The notes under the pieces are model-generated. The model was not told the origin of the DNA. It ran no database searches and saw only the letters and a program-made list of their open reading frames with translations. Positions 47,778-55,083 of a DNA stretch of 64,000 bases are shown in pieces (within the stretch, counting starts at the first letter, position 1; every line of letters begins with the position of its first letter). The DNA is from a virus. The stretch is from the IMG/VR virus record IMGVR_UViG_3300027800_000004, positions 12,345 through 76,344 of that record. One strand, 5' to 3'. The position numbers and the translations under genes were made by a program.

Positions 47778-48161
47778 ATGGCACAGACAGGACTATTCAC
47801 AGGCGAAGAGATGCGTGGTACAGGTCAGATGAACATGCTGAACTCCATAGACCACCAAGAGGACAGGATTAAAAGCCTCCGCAAACAGGTACACCATTAC
47901 CATTATGATGCAGGGCATGGATGGTTAGAGGTGGAACTTGCTGACCTTTCAAAATTAGGCATAAGCCATGCTATCTCCGGTTTCTCATTCAGACATGGTG
48001 ACAAAGCATATTTGGAAGAAGATAGCGATGCGGTTCTCTATATTAACACACTCTTCCCGAACCGACATGTTGACCCCGAATATCCGATATTTCAAGACCA
48101 CATGAGGGGTATAAATGATGGTGACAACTCACACATCAGAAGATACGCACACTACAAATAA
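47778..48161 (+). CDS. Conserved phage hypothetical protein (127 aa)
   Basis: DAGHGWLEV...ISGFS...YLEEDSDA...SHIRRY motif pattern. Confidence 0.6.
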   Translation: MAQTGLFTGEEMRGTGQMNMLNSIDHQEDRIKSLRKQVHHYHYDAGHGWLEVELADLSKLGISHAISGFSFRHGDKAYLEEDSDAVLYINTLFPNRHVDPEYPIFQDHMRGINDGDNSHIRRYAHYK

Positions 48162-48211
48162 CATGAACAACGCCTCCCTGCTACGGCAGGGGGGCATAAA
48201 AACAAAAGACA

Positions 48212-48409
48212 ATGGCAATACTTATTAGAATTGGAGACAGAGTACAACGCAATCAAGTCGGTGACTATACTCATGGCCGTAGAGGAGATGTTGTTGATAT
48301 TAATGGTGAAAGACTGAGGGTAAAATGGGATATGTTCCCAAGTGGTGTAATGATGAAAACCCCTGTTCGTACATGGGTGAATGTAAAGAGACTTGTTAAA
48401 ATAGGATAA
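48212..48409 (+). CDS. Small SH3/KOW-like protein (65 aa)
   Basis: IRIGDRV...GRRGDVVDI...RVKWD pattern. Confidence 0.5.
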   Translation: MAILIRIGDRVQRNQVGDYTHGRRGDVVDINGERLRVKWDMFPSGVMMKTPVRTWVNVKRLVKIG

Positions 48410-48418
48410 CACACAAAC

Positions 48419-48661
48419 ATGAAAAAAACATATCATATATCAACCTACAAAGAGGTTTTTATTGAAGCAACCACCAAAAAAGAATGTATTGCTATAATGA
48501 AGCAATATGAGCAAAAGGGGTGGAAAGCTGATAAGCCTATTAGAAAAGGAGATTGGGATAGTTCTGGTTTAATTTACTATGTATTTATGAGTAAAGAAAC
48601 AGGCGGATATATCAATGCTCCTCCTACCGACATAACTGCGAACCCTCATACATTTAATTAA
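48419..48661 (+). CDS. Hypothetical protein (80 aa)
   Basis: ORF with AACACACAAAC leader. Confidence 0.55.
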   Translation: MKKTYHISTYKEVFIEATTKKECIAIMKQYEQKGWKADKPIRKGDWDSSGLIYYVFMSKETGGYINAPPTDITANPHTFN

Positions 48662-48684
48662 TAAATCTTTAAACACACAAAACA

Positions 48685-49959
48685 ATGACAACTACACAGA
48701 TTAGTACCAAAGACAACCGCACACCTATCTATTACATAGGTCTTGTGCGTGAAGGCCGTAAACTCATCATACAGGCCAAAGAAAGCGTTGATGAGTTATC
48801 ATGTGAGATAACTGACTACTTAGGGCCAAGACAGGTAAGCAAGGCCACGATTGAGGCAAATAAGACCATCCTTCTGGAAGGCTTTAAGGCCGACCCGAAA
48901 TACCGCAACTGCGACATGGTTGAGGTACAAGAGCCGGAAGAGGTTTACACAAGGCCGGAGGTCACAAAGTTCAAACAGATAGCATACCTTGAGCAGATGC
49001 AAAAGAAAATGATGGACTTAAACCAAAGTATGCACGACTTAAACATGCTTTGGCAGAAGGATATGCAGTTTGACTTGGATATGAACGATTATCTTGCCAA
49101 CCAATACCCTTTTAACTTCTCTTTTGATGACCTTGTTATAGAGGCTGATGTTTGGTATCAGAAAGGTTGGGTTGCTTTAAATCAAAAGATAAAGGTATTG
49201 CAGGGGTATCCGGCTGATAAGGTGTACGGCACACAGAATAACGAGCAGAAGGTTGAAGAGCCTTCTGCTCCCTACTACACTCCCGAAGAGGCACAGGGCA
49301 AATGGATATGCGCCTACGATACAATGTGCGGTGGATGGGATTGTGTCCGCTATTCCGGTGGTGACAAAGATGGCTATCCTGTCCTGTATGGCAGTAAGAG
49401 AGAGGTTGAGGCTGATGATTTCTTTGATGGTGAGGATGACTTTGCAATATTGGCTACTGAGTTCATTGAAGGCCGCAAGGCTTTCTTTGGTGCTAATGGC
49501 CTACACATTGAAGGCATACCCATAGTTAAAGGCTACCGGATTAAGGGCAACAAGACAACCATGAGGGCAGAAGAACCGGAGGCAAAGTATGAGATTAAGG
49601 TTGCAAAGGCATGGCAGAGTTCGGAGTTCTTCCCAAATGGCCTTGACATCATTGCTCTGGAGTTAGATTACAGGGACAGAATAAAATTACTTGGTGCAAT
49701 AGAAAAGTGCAAATTGTATGGCTATGACCATATAGCCGTTCATGCAGGGAGAGGAGCAGAATATCTCACAAATGAGGGAGATGAGGTTGAGTTTTACACC
49801 GATGTTGAGTATTTTAAAGTATTCAATGATTGTGTATATTTCTATGCACAGAGCAAGTATGATAGCGGTTGCCAAGTTGAAAGCGAACGCATTGTAATTA
49901 CAAACAACTTGGCTATTGAGTTACCCGACCATGTTGAATACGAAGTTGAACAACAATAA
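48685..49959 (+). CDS. Mosaic hypothetical protein (424 aa)
   Basis: Long ORF with AACACACAAAAC leader. Confidence 0.6.
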   Translation: MTTTQISTKDNRTPIYYIGLVREGRKLIIQAKESVDELSCEITDYLGPRQVSKATIEANKTILLEGFKADPKYRNCDMVEVQEPEEVYTRPEVTKFKQIAYLEQMQKKMMDLNQSMHDLNMLWQKDMQFDLDMNDYLANQYPFNFSFDDLVIEADVWYQKGWVALNQKIKVLQGYPADKVYGTQNNEQKVEEPSAPYYTPEEAQGKWICAYDTMCGGWDCVRYSGGDKDGYPVLYGSKREVEADDFFDGEDDFAILATEFIEGRKAFFGANGLHIEGIPIVKGYRIKGNKTTMRAEEPEAKYEIKVAKAWQSSEFFPNGLDIIALELDYRDRIKLLGAIEKCKLYGYDHIAVHAGRGAEYLTNEGDEVEFYTDVEYFKVFNDCVYFYAQSKYDSGCQVESERIVITNNLAIELPDHVEYEVEQQ

Positions 49960-49970
49960 TAACACACACC

Positions 49971-50444
49971 ATGAAAGCAACAGAGACATTTAAAGGCGTT
50001 ATCAAGGCTTATTGCGATGAGAGGGCGTTATCAGATTTCCCCTTCTCTGAGGCATTAAAGAAGGCCGATAGGAACATTGAGGATTGTGTTACATACATTC
50101 TCAATGAGGTCAAGAAAAGCGGATGCGAAGGCTTTGCTGACCAAGAGATATTCAACATGGCAGTACACTACTATGAGGCCGAAAAGGTTGAGATAGGGGA
50201 TAAGTCTATTAGTGCCAACGTGGTGGTGAACCATCATATTGACAAGCCAAAGCCAACTGCCATTGCCAAGTCAGACAAGAAGGCTTCCGCACCCAAGACA
50301 GAGAAGAAGGCAGATACCAAGCCAACCATTGCTCCGATGAGTGTCATCAAGAATATTACAGATAAGTATTTTGATGCCAAGAAGGAGGAAGAACCAAAGA
50401 AGGATGGGGATAAGCCTCAGTTCATTCAAACCTCATTATTCTGA
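49971..50444 (+). CDS. pcfK: PcfK-like protein (157 aa)
   Basis: MKATETFK..IKAY...IEDCVTYILNEVKKSGC.GFAD.EI..MAVHYY...QTSLF pattern. Confidence 0.85.
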   Translation: MKATETFKGVIKAYCDERALSDFPFSEALKKADRNIEDCVTYILNEVKKSGCEGFADQEIFNMAVHYYEAEKVEIGDKSISANVVVNHHIDKPKPTAIAKSDKKASAPKTEKKADTKPTIAPMSVIKNITDKYFDAKKEEEPKKDGDKPQFIQTSLF

Positions 50445-50448
50445 TACC

Positions 50449-51744
50449 ATGAGGCCAAAGACAGAGATACAGAAGGAAGTTGACAGATATAGTCACCACC
50501 TTCACAAATTCACGGCAGAACAGAAGAGGTATGCCTACGACAATGTGTTTACTGCCCATGTCTATAAGACAAAGGACAAGGCCACCTGTCTGACATGCGG
50601 TCATACATGGGAGGATGCTACCGATAAGGCAAGTCTTCTCCATTCTATTGGCGGTTATACCTGTCCCAAGTGTGCCAGGCACTTGACCGCCCTCCCCACC
50701 ATGCAACGTACCCTGCATGACAAGGGGTACATTCATCAGTTCATCACATTCAAGAACTACCAAGTGGTTCGGACATGCTTTATAAAGCGTTCGTGCAAGG
50801 CAGGGCAGAAGGTAGAGTACAATTTCAATGAGATCATTCAGCATTGGATAAGAGAGGATGGTAAGCACGTTGTCCGTTCTGTCCTGTATCAAGCAATGGG
50901 ATATAACGCAGACGCATGGTGTCTGGGTACAGACATAGATATAAGAGGTGATGCAGATAAGTATTATCAACATGCCAAGAACGTATTCCCCAACAAGAGC
51001 ATATTGAAGGTCATCCGCAGAAATGGCTACAAAGGTGGTTTCCATGACCTCCACCCTGCTTATTTCTTCCATGTGATACTGACCTACCCGATGGCTGAAA
51101 CACTCTTAAAAGCCAAGCAATACACCTTATTGAGTTATTGGAGTGTCAATCGCATTAAGGAACTTGAGAAGTATTGGCCTCAGATTAAGATTTGCATCCG
51201 CAATAACTACATCATTAAGGATGTTGGAACATGGTTTGACCAACTTGAACTGCTTGAATACTTTGGCAAGGACATCTTCTCCCCTGCGTTTATCTGCTCC
51301 CCCACCCTCAAGAACGACCATCAGAGGCTCATTGACAAGAAAGAGAAGATCATGGAGGGCAAGAGGATTGCCGAACTCAAGGGCATGATAGCGAAGGCCA
51401 ATATACACTACCGCAAGAGCAAGGAGAAGTATTTCAATCTCCGGTTCTCCAATGGCAACGTGGATGTTGTTGTTCTCAACAATGTGATGGAGTTCTATTT
51501 GGAGGGCAAGGCACACCATCATTGTGTGTTCACCAATGAGTATTACAAGAACGAGGATAGCCTTATCCTGTCAGCACAGAGACAGGGCGAGAGGCTTGAG
51601 ACTATTGAACTCTCCCTGCGTGAGATGAGAATACTCCAAGCAAGAGGTCTTCAGAACAAGGAAACCAAGCACCACAAGGAGATCATTAAACTTGTTGAAC
51701 AGAACATTGGAACAATCCGTAAATTAGCACAGAGAGTAGCATGA
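50449..51744 (+). CDS. pcfJ: PcfJ-like protein (about 431 aa)
   Basis: MRPKT start, CLTCGH/CPKC, AETLLKAKQ, EFYLEGKAHHHCV and ETIEL...QARG motifs; start set at ATG 50449. Confidence 0.85.
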   Translation: MRPKTEIQKEVDRYSHHLHKFTAEQKRYAYDNVFTAHVYKTKDKATCLTCGHTWEDATDKASLLHSIGGYTCPKCARHLTALPTMQRTLHDKGYIHQFITFKNYQVVRTCFIKRSCKAGQKVEYNFNEIIQHWIREDGKHVVRSVLYQAMGYNADAWCLGTDIDIRGDADKYYQHAKNVFPNKSILKVIRRNGYKGGFHDLHPAYFFHVILTYPMAETLLKAKQYTLLSYWSVNRIKELEKYWPQIKICIRNNYIIKDVGTWFDQLELLEYFGKDIFSPAFICSPTLKNDHQRLIDKKEKIMEGKRIAELKGMIAKANIHYRKSKEKYFNLRFSNGNVDVVVLNNVMEFYLEGKAHHHCVFTNEYYKNEDSLILSAQRQGERLETIELSLREMRILQARGLQNKETKHHKEIIKLVEQNIGTIRKLAQRVA

Positions 51745-51950
51745 GTTGGGAACAGAACATACTAACCGCCCAAGTATCTGTAAACAGATGTGGCTGGGCA
51801 TTGAACGTGCGTTCATTTAATAACAATGAAAGTGATTTCAAGAACATAGATGAACGTAACGGGTATATAAAGCAAGAGGCAAGAGAGGCTATTAAAGTCC
51901 TTTCACAAGCACTTGTAGAACTTGAAAATCAATTAAATTTCGTACCATGA
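51741..51950 (+). CDS. Hypothetical protein (69 aa)
   Basis: ATGA-coupled ORF. Confidence 0.5.
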   Translation: MSWEQNILTAQVSVNRCGWALNVRSFNNNESDFKNIDERNGYIKQEAREAIKVLSQALVELENQLNFVP

Positions 51951-52168
51951 AAACGCCAATAGAAATACTCTTAGACAACTTGGATTACACGCCAACAAAC
52001 GCAGAGCCAAATAAGGAAGGACTGCCCTATGTCACCCACGAAGGTAAACTACAACTTGGCGATATTACTATCAGTGTATTGGTATTGAGTACAGGCCAAA
52101 GGATAATACCCAAAGAAGAAATAGAACGACTATTTGGGAAGGACATACAACTAAATAAGACACCATGA
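51947..52168 (+). CDS. Hypothetical protein (73 aa)
   Basis: LPYVTHEGKLQLGDITI.V.VLSTGQRII resembles the N-terminus of P63C-type phage proteins. Confidence 0.55.
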   Translation: MKTPIEILLDNLDYTPTNAEPNKEGLPYVTHEGKLQLGDITISVLVLSTGQRIIPKEEIERLFGKDIQLNKTP

Positions 52169-52419
52169 ACAGGGACAAGAAATATCTGGTGTACTTCACA
52201 CTACAGAAAGACGAAAAGGACAGGTACAGGGTTCTGATATCTGGAAGAGAAACGGATGTGTACATGACCAAGCATGATATTATGAAGGTCTTGACCGCAT
52301 CTCAGTTTAAGGAGTTCGTAAAAGAAATGGGTATCTTTGAGATTGAACACAGGGTTCTTGAACCATATCTCAAGCATGAGCCACAGACAAATCACAAAGA
52401 CCGGTGGAAGCCGGTATGA
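52165..52419 (+). CDS. Hypothetical protein (84 aa)
   Basis: ATGA-coupled ORF. Confidence 0.5.
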   Translation: MNRDKKYLVYFTLQKDEKDRYRVLISGRETDVYMTKHDIMKVLTASQFKEFVKEMGIFEIEHRVLEPYLKHEPQTNHKDRWKPV

Positions 52420-52490
52420 CATAACTCAAACCTTCGGGGATGAGAGAAGGAGGACAGGTTTTTGTGTGTTCCCTGTTCTCCTTCATTTTT
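52420..52490 (+). ncRNA. Terminator/candidate small RNA whose 13-nt loop is antisense to the early-gene AACACACA motif
   Basis: Stem GAAGGAGGACAGG (52446-52458) / CCTGTTCTCCTTC (52472-52484), loop TTTTTGTGTGTTC, then ATTTTT. Confidence 0.6.
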
Positions 52491-52526
52491 AAGCAATCAA
52501 ATAACCATCAAATAAAAACTAAAGAC

Positions 52527-52805
52527 ATGAGAGAGTTAACAAAAGTACAAGACAAGATTGAAGAGATGGCTAAAAAAGAACTTGCCAATGAAATCCTCAA
52601 ACTTGATTCAGAGTTCAGAGATTTGATACGGAAGTACAACCACATTACCTGTGATGTAACTATTAAGGTACAGGACAAGGATGGAAAATGTTCAATGCCA
52701 TACCTCGTTCAACTCATCAGAAATGAGGCTTTGGTTGAAAGCATCAAGGACAAATACTTGCCGGGGTATGTAGATGTAATGGTCACTAAACTACTTCAAA
52801 AATGA
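52527..52805 (+). CDS. Hypothetical protein (about 92 aa)
   Basis: Start reset to ATG 52527 (AAAAACTAAAGAC leader) because the longer ORF overlaps the terminator. Confidence 0.5.
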   Translation: MRELTKVQDKIEEMAKKELANEILKLDSEFRDLIRKYNHITCDVTIKVQDKDGKCSMPYLVQLIRNEALVESIKDKYLPGYVDVMVTKLLQK

Positions 52806-53044
52806 AATGCCCATACACCGACAAAGTAAACGCCTGTGTCTATCTTGATGAGATGACAGAGGATGACCGGAGATATGAATGTCCGGACTGCCCCCACTAC
52901 GAGCCAAGATCGTACTACGACAGGCCAGAGGAAGAGAGTTTCATAATCTCAGTCCTATCAGTAGCCTTTATTACAATAATCCTGATGGGTTTTGCGTATA
53001 TTGGCATCAGAATAGTTAAGATCGCAATCCAATGGTTTCAATGA
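52802..53044 (+). CDS. Small Cys-rich membrane protein (80 aa)
   Basis: CP...C...CPDCPHY plus a C-terminal TM helix. Confidence 0.5.
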   Translation: MKCPYTDKVNACVYLDEMTEDDRRYECPDCPHYEPRSYYDRPEEESFIISVLSVAFITIILMGFAYIGIRIVKIAIQWFQ

Positions 53045-53316
53045 GAAGGCACAGAAAGGCCAAGTTCCCGAAAGAATTTCATGCTCCACAAAAGATGAAG
53101 ATTATCCGTGTAGATTACCACACCCAGATAGAAGTGCCGGAGAACATGCCAGACGATGTAGCCATTGAACGATTTAACTTGAGGAGGAGAGCAGGTCAAC
53201 GAATAGGTAATGTGCCGTCAGAGGTCTTAAAAGAGGCAAAAGAAGAAGGGATAGAGCCTGTGATAGACGTTATCCCTTCCGAGGACAGTCCCCTCATCGA
53301 AGAAGAGGACGATTAG
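53032..53316 (+). CDS. Hypothetical protein (up to 94 aa)
   Basis: Last plus-strand ORF before the convergent terminator. Confidence 0.5.
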   Translation: MVSMRRHRKAKFPKEFHAPQKMKIIRVDYHTQIEVPENMPDDVAIERFNLRRRAGQRIGNVPSEVLKEAKEEGIEPVIDVIPSEDSPLIEEEDD

Positions 53317-53324
53317 CATAGCGA

Positions 53325-53352
53325 GAGGCGGTTATTTTTTACCGCCTTTTCC
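53325..53352 (+). terminator. Intrinsic terminator at the convergence point
   Basis: AGGCGGT/ACCGCCT stem followed by TTT. Confidence 0.65.
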
Positions 53353-53398
53353 TTTTCCTTTTTTCTTACCACCACATTTTTCGCAAGTCATAGCATTG

Positions 53399-54484
53399 TT
53401 ATTTGGTTAATTCATCTGTGCTTCCCAATGAATTGATCTGAAAGTGAAGATCAAAAGACAGGACAGGTGCGGAAGCATTACCGCCTGTATTATATGGACA
53501 AGTGCCGGTAAATTGAAGACTGGCATTTGATGTGTCTCTGTAAATCCGGAATTGGATGATGTCAGAAAGCGTACTGCCAACGGGAGCAAGAATAGGTAAA
53601 GAGTAAGAAATCTGATGAATGGTCGTGCCAGGAGTGTAAGGGAAGGCCAGACTATTGCATTTCAAGAATGTCCAAGCCGTTACTTTTGCTGCTGCGTTAA
53701 TCTGCCACCGATATTGAAATAGAAAGTTTGGAATATAGTTCTTTGCTTGCATCCAATGAATGTGAGGATAAACAGATACGGACAAATCCTTATCATGGTT
53801 AAGCTGCACGTTCTTATAAATCATGTCAGCCAAGGCAGGGTTAGCATTATAAGCCGCATTGAAATCAAAATCAACCGTACTTTCTGTTATGTTAAGAGTA
53901 ATGCCAGCACCGCTTCTCTGGATAGACAGAGCATCCCCTAATTCATCTCGCCAAGGCCGTGCATCTCCCTCCATTACCTGATGTCCGGTAGCATCAAACT
54001 CCGTTGTGTCTGGTGCATCTCCCATGATCTGATGATCGGTAATACCATAACCATCAATAGTCGTTGGCTTACCTGTAATGTTATCCCAGGCGATTGTATC
54101 TTCATCGCTGAATTTGGTAATGTATTCCATGCTTAAGCCAACAGCAACTAAAGAGTTATAGCCATTTGCCATAGCAACACCAACCTTTAAGTATGATGTC
54201 TCAGAACCAGATAATGCCCTTGCAGTTCCTCTTATCCCACCATCTCCCGAAATTAAAGATCGGATGACATCTCCTTGTTTACATCTGCCATTGATGAAAA
54301 CAAAGACCAAGCCAGAGGTTACTACTTCACAGAGAAGGCCATTTGATATGCCTCCCTCAGTAATAACACCGAGCATCTTCTGTTCGTTATTGCCAAGCAA
54401 GGCAAAGGAGTTTTTTTGGACAGGATTAACCTTCACAAGCCGACCAAGAACCGAACTATTTCCGGTAGCGTTAATGACCTTCAT
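53399..54484 (-). CDS. Structural-type protein (DUF2190-like N-terminus, fibre-like linker, beta-sandwich C-terminus; 361 aa)
   Basis: GVITEGG...CEVVTSG; WDNITGKPTTIDGYGITD fibre motif; QLNHD...YPHIHW...FDLHFQINSLGS. Confidence 0.55.
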   Translation of the reverse strand: MKVINATGNSSVLGRLVKVNPVQKNSFALLGNNEQKMLGVITEGGISNGLLCEVVTSGLVFVFINGRCKQGDVIRSLISGDGGIRGTARALSGSETSYLKVGVAMANGYNSLVAVGLSMEYITKFSDEDTIAWDNITGKPTTIDGYGITDHQIMGDAPDTTEFDATGHQVMEGDARPWRDELGDALSIQRSGAGITLNITESTVDFDFNAAYNANPALADMIYKNVQLNHDKDLSVSVYPHIHWMQAKNYIPNFLFQYRWQINAAAKVTAWTFLKCNSLAFPYTPGTTIHQISYSLPILAPVGSTLSDIIQFRIYRDTSNASLQFTGTCPYNTGGNASAPVLSFDLHFQINSLGSTDELTK

Positions 54485-54992
54485 CGAATGTTGGATTTTC
54501 TTTGGTTAAAAGTTTTTTACACTCATCAAGGTACATGGTATTTAGTTTGGTGATGATCACATGTACCTCTTCCGGAGAGTATTTAATACCGATTAAAAGA
54601 CCCTTGTGTGAAGGGAAGTATTTCTTATACTCTGCCTTGAGTTCTTCCTTCAGAGCCTCTAATTTGGCCCAATCAGCCTTGTTTATGCCCCCAGATGCCG
54701 CCTCAACCTCTTTAGAATACAATATTCGCGCTTCTTCCGTACCATCATCGTAAAGGGCATGCTCTCCGGGCGTAAGGAGAACGATATTCTTAAGGTAGTT
54801 GCGAAAATACGGGAATTTGTTCTGCCCTTTGGCTAAAACGTGGGCAAACATATTAAAGAAGAGGGGTGTAGCCTCATAACTGCGAAGCCAGAAGCCAGTA
54901 ATGAAGGATTTCTTTGGTCTGGTGATCCAGACAATCCGAAAGGTTGCTCTTAAACTGAGATCAATCGGAATGATAGTATTTTCTTTTTCCAT
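54471..54992 (-). CDS. HNH-like nuclease-fold protein (173 aa)
   Basis: KSFITG...FAHVLAKG...FPYFR....NIVLLT..EH..YD pattern. Confidence 0.5.
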   Translation of the reverse strand: MEKENTIIPIDLSLRATFRIVWITRPKKSFITGFWLRSYEATPLFFNMFAHVLAKGQNKFPYFRNYLKNIVLLTPGEHALYDDGTEEARILYSKEVEAASGGINKADWAKLEALKEELKAEYKKYFPSHKGLLIGIKYSPEEVHVIITKLNTMYLDECKKLLTKENPTFDEGH

Positions 54993-55005
54993 AATTCAAA
55001 GATAT

Positions 55006-55070
55006 AAAAAAGGAGGCCACACCATCTCAGTGAAGCCTCCCTTAACTAAAAACAGTAAGTAAGAGTTATC
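55006..55070 (-). ncRNA. Candidate stand-alone small RNA (about 65 nt) with anti-leader seed
   Basis: TAACTTTG box at 55075-55082; CUCUUACUUACUGUUUUUAGUU; GGAGGC/GCCUCC terminator + U6; second box TATCTTTG at 54997-55004. Confidence 0.55.
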
Positions 55071-55083
55071 GGGTCAAAGTTAG

